From Podarcis pityusensis (Eukaryota), in NCBI GenBank assembly GCA_964106645.2, contig OZ067038.1: DNA of 64,000 bases; one strand, given 5' to 3'. The notes under the pieces are model-generated. The model was given only the letters and a program-made list of their open reading frames with translations, was not told where the DNA came from and did not search any database. The position numbers and the translations under genes were made by a program. Shown in pieces: positions 13,586 through 26,966 of the stretch. The first letter of the stretch is position 1. Each line of letters begins with the position of its first letter.

Positions 13586-15700
13586 CTGCAGAGACCTTTG
13601 AGGGAACTATGTCTCCAATGAGCCACCAAGCCCACTTTTTGCACACACCACTCCAGGAAAAGAGGAGGGTTGTTTTGGGGATCAGATAGGGCAGATGGGT
13701 AGGGAAGCAACCTCTGATCATAATCCAAAATGAGGGGGGGGGGATTAATGGGTCTTAGAGTTAACCTCTCCTTTGGAGGAAAGCTTTTAAGAGCCCCAGA
13801 AAACAATTTCCAAGCAAAGTTGGGAGGAATTCAACTTATTTCCTTGGAATGAATTCCAACTGTGTTCAATGGCACGTATGTCTAGGACTGAAGCCTGAAC
13901 GATAAGAGTCATATGATATATGTCTGTAAATTGCCTTGGGAGATCTATGTGGTAGGCAATTCACAAGTTAGTAAACAATAAATAATATAGCAAGAAATAT
14001 TCTTCAAATAACGTTTGAGAATGACACATGTTTATTTAAAAATCCACTAGAGAGGTGTGCCAGTTATCTCTGGGTACACCATATAAGATGTCAATAGCTG
14101 TAGAATGTCTTCATTTAAAAAAAAAAAAGTTTTTCAATTTAAATACTGCCTAGACAAATTTTTCAAAAAATAGTATTTCCTGGCTTTTGTTTCACAGACA
14201 TAAAGCACACGCTCTTAACATTTAGCTCATCGCTGAGGACCATATGTTCCCAAAAGAGTGTTCTGTATAAATGGGAATGCTCATCACGCTGCTCCTTTTC
14301 TTTCCCTGCTAATTAATCCATGATCTCACTGGAAAGATTCCGCATGACTCTCTCCAGGACAATACAGGGTGATTAATCCATCCCCACAGTACCTTCCAAT
14401 TTTAAGCCATCTTGTCGCTGAACTGAGCAGGGCATGAAGATGTATCAGAAATGTGATAACTAACAAAGGCTGCGCTCTCAACAAGCAGGCCCAGCTTATA
14501 TATAATGGAGATAAAATCAAGGCTTTCCAAGAAAGGTAGTTTAGAAGAAATATCTTCCACTGCTATTTGAGCAGGCAGATAAATTTTAAGAACACAAGAG
14601 CGAGAAAACCTTTTGAGCAGCCATCGGGAAACTAATATCCGCAGTAGCTAAACCTGTGGAATATTTACAGTATTCCAAGATGCCTCATTTCAAACAGGGG
14701 TCTCATGGCTACACAGGCTCAAGAACAGGTAGAGAGAGGAGACTGAACTATGGCATCTGTGGGAACTTGGGCTTCTTTTTGTAGGAAACTCAGCATCATC
14801 CTACAACTCAAGGGTTATGGAACATTTGGCATTGATGAGAGTTGGAGTCTACCAACGTCTGGAAGGCAATAGCTACCACGACTCACTGTGGTATCTGAAG
14901 CCAACAGTTATCACTGAAAGTAGGCACAATGGACTGTGTGGACAAAATGGTTCTCTAAACAAGGGTGCCTGGTGTTTTTCTGCAGGGGAGGTCTCCCCTA
15001 ATATTGTCTGCAGCCCCTGTTTTTAAGTGCTCATGAAATGCACTCATCTGGGTCTTTAGTGTTGAAGCTGCAGCTTTCTGGAATCAGTTAGCAGGCAGAT
15101 ATGTTTTAACCGCCCATTTCACATCAGTGACTTCTACTCACGGGGGAAGGGAAATCCAGTGTTACTATCCCGATACTAGAGAGAAGGGAGTTTACATTTA
15201 GGGCTGACATTTTCAGCTGTAGTCCTATGTATCTCATAATGCTTAGTTTCACCCAAAGTTCACACTGCTGCCATTTGGCAAGTGTTACTCATGTACACAT
15301 TAAGAAGGCCTTTAAAAGGGAATAATACCTTTGGACCCTCACTATTCAGACTACATTACATCCACCCTCTTCCATCTGCACTGGCTTCATGTTTAGGTCC
15401 AGGCCTTTTCAAGGCACTATGAAACCTTAAATGGCTTAGGACCTGGGTACTTGAAGGACCACCTCCTCTTATATGAACCAGCCCAACAGTTGTGGAAATC
15501 AGCAGAAACCCTGCTGTGTGTTCTGCTGCCAAGACAGACCCACTAGGCATTGTCACGAGACATATGAGGGGTTTTTTTATGGCAGCACCCAAAGCTAGAG
15601 AGGTTTCTCCCAAGGAAAGATCAACTAACACTGTCTTTGATGGTTTTAGATGGGCAGCAAATGTCTTTTTATCCCACCAAACCTTTAACAGCTTTTAAAT

Positions 15701-15793
15701 CTGAAGAATCTGAAGAAGTGTGCATGCACACGAAAGCTTATACCAAGAACTAACTTAGTTGGTCTTTAAGGTGCTACAGGAAGGAATTTTTTT
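15701..15793 (+). mobile_element. Penelope-like element remnant containing a hammerhead-ribozyme core
   Basis: CTGAAGA-A-GTGTGC-AT-GCACAC-GAAA-GCTTA; flanked by 11-bp duplication AGCTTTTAAAT (15690-15700 and 15794-15804). Confidence 0.7.
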
Positions 15794-15981
15794 AGCTTTT
15801 AAATTGTTTGTTAAAAGACCTCATTGAAATGCAGGCTTAATGTATTATTTTTAATTGCTGGTCTTGGTTTTTGTCATATTGAGATACACATTTAATGCTG
15901 TAAGCCACCTTGGGAGCTAAAGAATCCCATTGTTTAGGAAAGTATTTCAGTGTTCGGAGGACTACAGAGAAGTTAGGAGTA

Positions 15982-16016
<35 letters not shown>

Positions 16017-19000
16017 TTTTAGTTACGATTTTAGTTACTTCCGCTTGCAAAAATGTTGTTCTGAATAGACACTGCTGTTTATTCCTCCGAAAAGCAAAGC
16101 AATAGATACACATGCACACACCTTTGTGCATAAGCCAACATCAAACTTAAGATATATCACCTGGCCCACTGTTTCCCAAACATTTCAAAATCAGATGCCC
16201 CAACTCTCAACTTAGAAACTGAATGCAGCATCTAAAACTCCTATGCTAATTCTCTCCCCCCCCCCCAAGAAGCTTCTACACATCCTGGTGCTGCATAATT
16301 TGTCACCTACTCCTCCATCTCAGTAACCCCAATGTGGCACAACTTGCATTTTGGGGAACCTTAAGCCCTGGCTCTTGAAAGGCCTACTCCCAATAAGACA
16401 TGCAAGGTAGTTTATACCTTTCCTGAGAGTATCCCATGCCACACTCTTAAGAAATACCGACTACATCAAAATAGAACTACAAAACCCTATTAAATTTAAA
16501 TCTATAGAGAGGGTGAACTGTGGAGCTTGTATGATTTTTATGTAAACTATTTAAAAGGGAAGAGGGCAGAAGCATGGCATACTTAATTAAAAAGTAACAA
16601 ATGTGTTACCGGCATAATGAAGTACAATTACTATTTAAAGAGTCCCTTGAATAGCAGCCAAAAGTATGATTTCCTAGTGAAGATCCAATGGTTTAATTTA
16701 GAATTCTGAATGTTGCTTTATTCATAACTAAAATGCTTATCTTTTTCCTACTAGTTTTCTTAGGGAAGGATAGCTTAAGTATTAAATTCCCACACATGTT
16801 GATGCATGATATTAGCCTACAGCACTCAAAAGCATGTTTGTTCTTAAAAACCTACAGTGAACTCTAAATGCAATGTAATCAATATGTAGGAATGAGTTAG
16901 AGTAGTAGTATCATTCCTTCATTACATACATTTCTTCTGCAGTATTTAACAGACATGAATGAATTTCACTAGCTGTGGGGGGCTTGTTTCCTCCACTCCC
17001 CAACATTTAATTATTTGTATGTCATCAAATATTGGGGTTTTCTGTATAAGGGTTTTAGTTAACTATACAAAATATATTCACAAGTGAAAATACACTCACA
17101 CATGTATATAAATACACAAAATGTTGTCAAGAGTTTGAGGGTGCCAGATCCCTCTAAATCTCTGGTTCCAGTACGTGTTAAAGGCTATTTAAGCCAGGCT
17201 ACCTTCGTGTGTTCAGACGATCACCTACCTGATGGGCCATTAAGGAAAGGGGGCTCTGTGAGAGATTACAAATGTTTGGGGCTCCTTCAATGCAGAGTTA
17301 GTTAGAAGACAAACGAAGAGCTGGGAGTTAAGGGAGTAAGAAGCTGGATGCAAAAAGCAGCAAGCTGGAAAGCCAGAGAGTCTAATTTCTGTTTGATTTC
17401 TGATTGAATCCAAGGCTGCAGCCAATGCCAGAATTAGGGCAATGCAGGCGGTTTCCCTGCACAGGGGGACAAACCCATGGAGTCCAAAATAGAAGGCAAG
17501 AAGGAGGAGGAGAGCTTGAAAATAAGAAAGGAGGGCCAGATTTTGTCCTTGCTCAGGGCAACATATTATCAGAGTCTCTCTCTCTCTCTCTCTGTAAATA
17601 TATATATTGCATATATGTGTAAATAAACCATGTATATTAAGGATACCACGGTCTCCGCTGTGCCTCATTTCCAAAAGGAAACTCGGGGCCTGGGTAAGTC
17701 TGGGTAAGTGCCTGGAATCTTGTACAGCTTGGAGATTAGGGCGCCATGCAGCAATATTATCACATGTGATATAGCCAGACTTAAGCATCTTTCTATGAGT
17801 TTCAAGAGAAGAGTTAAGCACCTGCTTTTAGCACACACACACCCGCCACCCCATATAAGCAACAAGTCTATTAAAGTACTTTACTTTGGTTTAATCGTGT
17901 GTGTGGAATTCTGTTCTTAAGACCAAACCAGACAAAATGCTAAATGCATCACTTGGAAGTTCCATCTTTTTTTTTGCTTTTGTTTTTCATACTTAATAGC
18001 AGCCTTGGGAGGACATGGTTTTTATCAGGGTTGTGGTGTACAGGGTTGGGTTGGTTATCCCTGTCCTCTTCCACCACAACACTGAAGAATTCCTCAGACT
18101 TCAATGGGGGAGAAAGAGGTCAATATTTTCACTATGATCCCATATCCTGTAACTGCTACTAACTGTAAAAAAAAAAACATTCGCAAACAACCAAATATGC
18201 AAATTCAAGTGATGCATTTAGCATTGCCTCTAGTTTGGCCTTAAAATGTAAACATTTAGAGAGAATATGCTGTTTGTGATTCCTACTAAGGAAATCTTTC
18301 CATATAAAAACAAAAGAAACCTGGCAATGCCTGACAACAATCTAGCAGGCAACGATAATAGACATTTCTTGTGTTTGGTCAGCTTGGGCGGTAGACCTCC
18401 CCTCCCATATCAAAACCAACATTTGCTGAAAAAGTTGAATTACAAGTTTTTTTGGCAGCCAACAATAAAGACACGTCTTCCACTCCACTTTATATGCCGA
18501 GAGAAGCTTCTGGATCCCCACTGCGCTAAATAATTCAGCAACACTGGCAGTTAACTGAATATATACTATGCAGTATATAATAATTTTAAGTTATACTAGC
18601 TTTAGGAAATGTCTCCAAGCCAAAGTCCAAAATGATCTAAATATCTAATCTTTCACAAGACAAACTGACTTTTTAAAACACACACACACTTGCCTATGTG
18701 GAACCTGATAGTCGATGATTGATGGTTACTTTAAAGAAAAAGCTGTTAGGGCTACATTCAGTTAAACTGTTATGCTAGGAGAAGCCATCACGACAACTCC
18801 CAGTAGCACAAGGGGACTTCCCCTTCTCCCCAAATCTCCTCTGGAGGATAGGGAGAACCCCCAAAACAGCGGGCAGGGGCAGAAGAGGGACGATTGTTCT
18901 GTTGGGTCAAGCAGAAATGCTTGCGCTGACAGTACCATCTTCTTAGTGCTATGCTGAATACAACCCTTAGGCTATATAACATTCATGTTTTGGAAAAGGG

Positions 19001-20129
19001 ATAGGAATGTCAACAGAAAAATGCAAAATTTTACCAATGTATTTGCCTGGTGTGATATCAGAATGTCTCCCACCGGTCTGGTACCGGAAGTGACCAAAAC
19101 TTTTCCAATAGTTTAAATGTGCCTCTGCCTCTGCGTGGTTTCTATTTTGAAACAAGAGTCAGGTCTTGTCTTTCATGACCCCATTCTGCATATACCTGGC
19201 ATGTTCCCAGGCCACACTTCTTGCTTCCATATGGGGCATCTTCATATGAGGGTTTTGCCTTATCAAATAAACGATGTGTTCAGCCATTCATTGTGGACTG
19301 TCAAGGACTATGGAGCTTAAACAAGATACCTCTTGGTTAGAGGCTGTTCTAATTAAGTGAGGCTGTGCACTCAAACCTGAGATCTCTTCCAGTACAGAAA
19401 GAGTCTACAGAAAATGTGCAACATCAGCCCCTGTGCCTGGCAAGCAGACCAAGAGCTCTGGATTGAGAAGATCTCCTATATTAGGAGTGTGGATTTCTGC
19501 CCTTACTTGTTCATCAGAGGAATGCTAGCTGACCTTCAGACTCCAGATGTTTCCAGTTTTCTGCTGCTTCCAGCTTCTCCACAGGCTCCAGGTCTAGATT
19601 CAAGTATCTCCAGCCTAGTCCTGACAAGAGTCATTCCAGAAAAAAAAGCCTTCAAGTACTTGCTACCGTTGCTTGCTACCGTATCCGTTTTCCAGAGTTG
19701 CATTTATTTTGGAGCGTTTGGAAAACTTGGGTTTCCTGGACCCTCTTTAGTATTTAATCAATGTTCCACTGTCACATGTACTGCAGTTATACATTTGACT
19801 CTGGTAACTTCTGAGTTTGTTGCATGTGGCATTGCTGGTCAGTGATTGTATTCATCTCCTCTGGTTAAGAACATATTTCTTTACCATTTGCTATGTAAAG
19901 AATACATGGATTGACTCCAGGTGAAGGGCAGAAAATCTAGCACATAAATGTTTTAATAAGTAACTAAATATAGGTCATTACAAAAAAATGGTGTAATGCT
20001 CCTCTGTGCTCACGTTCTTCATTTTCACGGCTTGACTACAGCAACAACCAACTTATCTTCACTTCTCTCTCCAGTTTTCCTCTTTCCCATGTACAGCTCT
20101 GCATTGTTTATGCATGCCAACACACAAGA

Positions 20130-20361
20130 GTGCTTCCAGATGGGTGTTTACTGTGGGATCAGTGCTCCTCACGCTAGTTTTTCACAGTGTTCATACAATG
20201 TTGTTGGCATCAAAATGCCTGCCCATTATTCCCCATTTCATTTAACTTCAGTTGACCTTTTGCAAGAAAACTCCGATAAGTAAAAGGGGAAAAAAGCCTT
20301 GCTGATTCTGTTGCAGTATCTCAACGGCCTGTTTGCAAATTAAGTTCCCATCTGGAAGCAC
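20130..20361. mobile_element. MITE with 15-bp perfect TIR
   Basis: GTGCTTCCAGATGGG (20130-20144) / CCCATCTGGAAGCAC (20347-20361). Confidence 0.65.
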
Positions 20362-20413
20362 GGTTAACACTGCTATTTCAATATAGCCATCAGAAGAAAA
20401 CACTGAGGTAACT

Positions 20414-21064
20414 AGGGACTCATCCACACTTAAACTTGTCCCACTGCTTTCCCCCAGAAAACCTGCTCTTTAGAACTGAAGTCATAACTCGTGCTCCATC
20501 TGCTTGATGTTGCGTCTTTTTGCGTTACATCCCGCTGTAACCCGGAAGTACCGGAAAGGGTTACTTCCGCGTTTCGCCACTCGCGTATGCGCAGAAGCAC
20601 TAAATCGCGCATGTGCAGAAGTGCCAAATCGGGTCACACACCTGCGCAGACACAATGCTTCGAGTTGCGGGCATTTCACGTTACGGACGGGCCTATGGAA
20701 CGGATCCTGTCCATAACACGAGGTACCACTGTACTGGTTACGAACTTAATTTGTTCCGGAGATCCGTTCTTAACCTAAGACCGTTCTTAACCTGAGGTAC
20801 CACTTTAGCAAATGGGGCCTCCCGCTGCTGCCGGCGCACGATTTCTGTTCTCATCCTGAGGTAAAGTTCTTAGCCCGTGGTACTACTTCCGGGTTAGCGG
20901 AGTCTGTAACTTGAAGTGATTGTAACCCAAGGTGTTTGTAACCTGAGGTACCACTGTAAATCAGAGTAAACACCAACCAAAATGACTTTTGCTCTGATTC
21001 AGCGGTAAACAGCAGGTTTTCCTGGACAGAAGCATCAGGGCAAGCGGAAGTGCGGATGATCCCT
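20414..21064. mobile_element. Harbinger-like palindromic MITE interrupted by two tandem Tigger-like MITEs (20479-20731 and 20734-20956)
   Basis: Outer ends agggactcatccacactt / aagtgcggatgatccct; uninterrupted relatives at about 23701-23887 and 62806-63048. Confidence 0.65.
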
Positions 21065-21572
21065 TAATGAATGCCGAATCTTGGATCTTCTTGCCTCGTA
21101 CAGAGAGGAAGAGAGTTCCTCAAGATACAAAATGTTGATACTTCAAAAAAATTACCCAGCAACTTGCCACTCATTGCCACAGCCATGCCACTGTGCACAG
21201 GTTGAAACGACAAAGTCTCTCCTCTTCCCCAAGGGGAGGGGTTGTGAGCGAGTCTTGCTTCCCGCGCTTCGCAGGGGGGCATGGCTGGCACACAAGCCCC
21301 CTGCATCACTGAGAGTCCCTGGCCTGCATCATGCCCACAGCCAGCCTACATGGCTGGCTGGGGGGGGGGGGCATGGTTTGCCGCTCTTAAGCGAGCGCGG
21401 CACTGTGGCTCAGCCTGTTTGTTTCCTGCACACACAGATCTCCCTCCCTCTATTCTCGTGCATTCAACACCTGACTTTGCTATGGACCTCGGTTGGTCGC
21501 ATGTTGAAGGGGCCTGGTAGAAAGTTCTTCCACTTGGCAGATTGGCACCAGCCACTTGGTTTTTCGCCTACC

Positions 21573-21968
21573 TCGTAGCAAATCGTCACAACTTTGTAAG
21601 GTTTGGCAGTTAGGCATTGGAAAATGTGTTGTGTGTTGGAGGAGAGGTTGTGGCCATCACCTACTCCTCCCCTTGAAGGGTATTCCGTTACAGGAATCTG
21701 GTGGTCGTGGTTCCTGTCTGAAGCCCAGGTGGTGGCTAGGGCAATTTGCATCAACAAGCTCCCCCTATAGGTTGTTAACCCTTGTGTGACTTCCTGCAGA
21801 GTGGGCAGGAGTCAAGTATAGTCGGTTCAGATCCAATGCCTAAGCCAATACCACTCAAATTCTGTAGCCAATAAAGTTGTGGCCTTTTTTAGCCCATTAA
21901 CCTAAAATACTTGTGTCCATGTGTCTTATTTCATCATAAAGTGGGGGACGGGGCCTCGACTCACAACC
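21573..21968 (+). mobile_element. Possible degenerate solo LTR
   Basis: About 400 bp with AATAAA at 21870-21875 followed by a U5-like tail; imperfect inverted ends; no clear TSD. Confidence 0.35.
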
Positions 21969-23500
21969 AAGAGAAGAGATGGCCCTCTTACTGAAGGAGA
22001 CCCAAGCAGCTGTTCCTTCTACAGTGGGCTGAACAGCATATTACTGATGACCAGTGGAAATTCTGGTCAGCATTCTTGACTTTCAGTGCTACACTCTGTC
22101 ACTATAAAATCAGCAAAGCACCTGCACAGCTCTGGTACTATAAAGTAAAAGTGACACACAGAGGACCTGTTGCATTCTCAGGCGAAGGCAGGCAAGCAGA
22201 TATACATGTGCAGCAGCATTCCTGTGCCTCTCTCAAAAGAACAGGGATGGTCTATTTACAACGCAAGATTTACTAGTTTAAGGTGGGAGAGCAGAAATTC
22301 TATCCGATATATTTTATCTGCACAATCAGAATGAATCTGAGGAACCAAAAAGTAGTACTGTATTGAAAAATACGGCTTTTGAGCCATTTGGCCCAAAAAT
22401 GGCAACTAGGCCTTCCACTTTGGCAACTGTAACCCTTGTTTATGGAGCCATTTGGTGACTAGCGTGTATATATCTGATTTTCCACTTGGATTTTTGTTTT
22501 GCAATAAATCTCTTTCTAATTTTTCACCTGCACATTCAATTAGGAATCACCGACATTCACCCTAATATTCATAATATTAAGCTGGTGTGGTTTAAAATAA
22601 GTCTTCCTATCCCCCTCCCTCCCAAAATAGGAGAGCTGAGTAGTCACAGTAGTGTCATATAAACCTACTTATAAAGCTACAGTGAACAATGATTACTTAA
22701 GTGACAAATGAAAAATTGTAAAGCAACAGAAAACCCAGGGGGGGTAGGAAACTGTGCCTCCTGACACATGAACACACTCCCAAGAGTCTTCGTTTTAGAA
22801 CTCAATGCAAACAAACAAAGGCTTGCTTCGCCATCCTGGACGGTTTGTAGAATGAAGTATTTTGTAAACCTGCCATACAGGACTGAGATGTTAAGGGAAA
22901 CACCTCATGATGATAGGCCACATATGATACTAAGAATGCAATTACATTACCCCACTACAAGGAAGAAAATTTATTGTTGAACATTAAAGATTTAAAGCCA
23001 ACTTCTCTCCATTTTCTCATAATTCTTGCTATTAAAATATCCTCCATCAAAACGTATTAATGCCTTTCTCTCCCTCAGTCTGAATTGCTCAAGCATATTC
23101 CCATTTTTGTTCACAACACAAAAACTTGCCGACATCTCTCTGTGTCCTACTGCTGATCCACAGACAACCAGTTCAGGTATAAGGAACTTTGTCTGATAAA
23201 CTATAGCCTGTGCACCACTCATTGACCTTCCTCTTCCTGCCACATAACCCCACATATACTGGTTTACAAGTAGTGCTTAATGCATAGTTTCCTAGTTCAA
23301 ATACTACAGGAAGCTGTGGTTAAACAAATCACAAGCCTGGGACCTGGACACAAAGCTACCGTAGTTCTTAGTCCAATAAACCATGGTTTATTGAACTGAG
23401 ATGTCTGAACTAGGCCTTCAGCTTCACTTCCTTCTGAATTCTCCTTCAGCTGTTTTCCATCAGCTTCTGCAAAAGCTTCATTCAAATTTGTTTCCTCATA

Positions 23501-23661
23501 AAGGTAAAGGGTCCCCTGACCATTAGGTCCAGTTGTGACCGACTCTGGGGTTGCGGCGCTCATCTTGCTTTATTGGCCGAGGGAGCCGGCGTACAGCTTC
23601 CGGGTCATGTGGCCAGCATGACTAAACTGCTTCTGGCGAACCACAGCACCACCAGCATCCC
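23501..23661 (-). mobile_element. Internally deleted Sauria SINE
   Basis: Both ends retained; 13-bp TSD TTGTTTCCTCATA (23488-23500 and 23662-23674). Confidence 0.82.
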
Positions 23662-25883
23662 TTGTTTCCTCATACTAAATAACAAAACACTCTGAAGCTA
23701 AGGGCTTGTCCACACTCCCACTGAGCAGTTTCCCCTTTGCCCCACATTTTTCCCAGGGAAAACCTGCTCTTTTGCTCTATATCGGAACAAACATCAATCT
23801 GGAGAAAACCCAAATTGCTGTTTGCTCAAAAGTGTGATTTTCCAGGGCGGGGATGGAATGGGACAAGAGGCTTTGTGGATAATCCCTAACTCTGCATTCA
23901 CAACTTTCTACTGTCCTTCACACAATTCTCTATACTTAGAACACCTTCCCAAAGTTCCCACCTGTCAACCACTTTCCTTCTAAACTAGCCCTGTAACAAA
24001 TTACCTCTGATTTGTTTTGTCAGGGACCAGACTCTGTGTACCACTATCATCCAATCTCTTCAGGGTAGTGCCTGTGGGTCCAGTTCTGCAACATCTTATC
24101 ATACAAACTAATCCTGTTGTAACCAAACGCACATGAGGAAGGCATGGGTGAATCAGACTATTTGTGCTCTCTGCGAGAGAGGAAAACCATAGGCATGGAG
24201 AATGATCCATCAAAAAATGCTAATTAGCTAATGTGTTTTTAGAAAACAGCAGACTTCATGAAGCACATCTACAGAGATGTATTCCAGAATTTTTATTCTG
24301 CAACAGGGCTTCCATGCTATTGATACAGGGAGCTGTCTTGCCTGTACCTTGATTTATGGAATCTCATCCTTTGTCTCTGACTTAGAAGATCTGCTCCTCC
24401 TGTTTTCTAATACTGAGAAAAATATAGAATCTAATAATGTACTATACAAATACAGTATTTCACATATCTTCTTGTCCAGACAGCAGGCACACAATTATAT
24501 ATAGCAATAAAAAAGTGCCTACATTTTACTAAGAGCTATAAGATACCTGCTGCTATTTAGTGATCATGGTTTAGGGTGGGGGGAGAGAAACAAACTCTAA
24601 AGTCACAAGTCCAGAGCTCTCTGCAATTAACAGTGCCAGGACTATTCAGCAGCAAGTGCCACTGAGTTCAGTGAGGCTTTCCTTCAGTGTAAGAATATTT
24701 TATTAGAATGAGTCCTTTTTAAAAAATAATGATCCCACTGATGTTGTCTAAGTAGCAATCCACATAAATAATATAGAGCCAGTTACTGAACATTAATTCC
24801 TCCAATGGAAGTTACTCTCCCTGCCTTGTAAATTTTTACTGCAAAAGTTTACTGTAAATTTAGCTGACTTAACATAATCCCAAAGAAACATGCCAGAATC
24901 TACAGAACTTAGAAACAGGCATTCTTCCATCTCAAAGCTGACTTCTGTTTACTTTGAAAATAGCCTCACTAGGAACGACACCTCTTCCACACTGTGCTGC
25001 CTTCGAAACAAACTGAACCCATCACCAGAATTACACAAAACGTCAACGATTCGTATGAAAAATATGGTTTGGCAAATACACATTCCTCAGAGGTTTTGGA
25101 AGGCTTCCCCCCCCCCCCCCGCTCATTCAAAACCAAAAGGTCTGCAAAAAACCAGAAAAGAGGTCGCCCCAGACAAGCCTTTCGGTTCACAAAGCGGTGG
25201 TCCCTACAAGTCAACCCCAGAAGAAGCGGAAACGAATCCCTTCCCAAACACACAACATGGGGAGTTTTCACTTTCTTTTCCAACTCTGTATTGCATCTTC
25301 CACTACACACGTCTACACATTCCTGCAAAGCAGAAGGGGGGGGGGGAGTTCTGCACAGCAGACATGAGCTTTCTCCCAAGCATGCAAAGATATATATATA
25401 TATATGTGCATGCATACACACACACACACACACACACACAGGAACAGAAAACTATTTCTCTGCTGTGCTGTCAGGCAAAAACAGGGTTGTGGCTCTGGAG
25501 GAGCCAAATCCTTCCCTCCCTTCCTCTTTTCCCGTGTCCCCCAGTTTCGTGGGCGGGGGGGGGGGGGGAATAGGCGAGCCGAGCAAAGGCCCCGCCGCGC
25601 TTCACCCGGGTTGGGATAACTGGGGAGCTGGTGGGGTAGCTTGTGGGTTCCTCCCCTGGGCAGCTTCTTCCTCTCGCCCCACACAATCCACCTTACTTGG
25701 CCAGAAGTAGGCGGCGGAGGCAGCAGCAGCAGCAGGACTTTGCATGCAAGGCAACATACCGGAGCCAGGACGGCGGGGGCTTCTTTGCCACACATACCCC
25801 CCCCCCCAAAATCCTTGGGCGTGTGTGCATCTGAGAAAGAAACCCCACTTCTCTCCCCCCCCCCTTCCCACCGTTCTTCTTAC

Positions 25884-25953
25884 CGTTGCAGAACTGCAGG
25901 AGCGAGGAGGTGTCATAGAGGCTGCTGTAACTGGAGAAGCCGTCCTCCATCAT
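25884..25953 (-). CDS. EML1: EML1 coding exon 1: (M)MEDGFSSYSSLYDTSSLLQFCN
   Basis: Start of ORF 25693..25953 is the recognisable EML1 N-terminus. Tandem ATGs at 25953 and 25950; in-frame TGA just upstream; donor G/gtaaga joins exon 2 in phase 1. Confidence 0.95.
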
Positions 25954-26195
25954 CCTGAAGCCAGCTCAGCCGCCGCCTCCTCCTTGTCTTCCCCCCACTT
26001 AGGGGTCGTCGCCCCCCGGCCTCCCTTCTCCTTTTCTCCCGGCTCCTCTCTCGCTCTCCCTGCCTCTCGCTGCCGCCTCTCCCGCTCCCTGCCTCTCGCT
26101 CGCTCGCTCGCTCGCCCACCCACACATACACAACACACACACCCCGCGCCGAGGAGAAGCCGAGGCGGCTGGGGCCTGCCCGCCTGCCTCCGCCG

Positions 26196-26209
26196 GTTGC
26201 CACGGCAAC
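26196..26209. promoter_or_regulatory. RFX X-box motif GTTGCCACGGCAAC
   Basis: One mismatch from the palindromic X-box GTTGCCATGGCAAC; about 245 bp 5' of the EML1 ATG. Confidence 0.7.
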
Positions 26210-26893
26210 GCAGTCACTCCACCGTGGCTTGGGCCGCCGCCGCCGCTTCTCCTCCTCCTCCTCCTCCTCCTCCTCCATTGCGAGGGGAGAGAGGATGGGG
26301 CAGGCGGCCGGCTTTCCTCTGAAATTTTAATATGTATATATTTAAGAACGCGCTTTTCCTCTCTCCATTCCGAAATTTGGGACCACCTAAAATAAAAGGT
26401 GGCGGTGGGAATCCTTTTTTTTGGAGGCAAGGGCGTAGCCAGGATTTGGGGGGGCGGCGGCGGCAAAACCTCAGTTTGCTATGTATTTTTATTGATGGGG
26501 GGGTGCGCCCATGTTGTGGTTTGGGGTCGCATCCTTTGGGGAGGTGTTTGGGGAGAGCATGGTGGCGCTCGGGAGAGGAAGACGCTGCCTCGCCCGCGCG
26601 ACCCATTCATCACTCTTGAATGACGCCGAAGGAAAGGGAGCCCCGAGCGCGCGTGGAGGAGGAGGGCTTCCCTCCAAACAATGGCTTTTTTCGGGGGGGG
26701 GGCATTGGTAAGGCCGGTAATGGACAAAAGGCGGTGTTTTTTGGAAGCTGGTGGGGAGAAATGCATGCGTGGCTGGGCAAGGAGGTTTTCTCCGTTTTTC
26801 ATTTCCTCTGCCCCGTAAAAGTCGCCGGGGATGAAAGCGACGATGGGAGTCGTAATAGGTTGGCAGCTCTCTCTCTCTGGGATTAAGGGTGGG

Positions 26894-26966
26894 GGAAGCC
26901 GGGCCCGTTCACACGAGCCCAAGACACGTGCCGTGTCTTGGGCTCGTGTGAACGGGCCCGGCTTCC
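26894..26966. repeat. Perfect inverted repeat, 35-bp arms with a 3-nt loop
   Basis: 26894-26928 is the exact reverse complement of 26932-26966. Confidence 0.95.
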
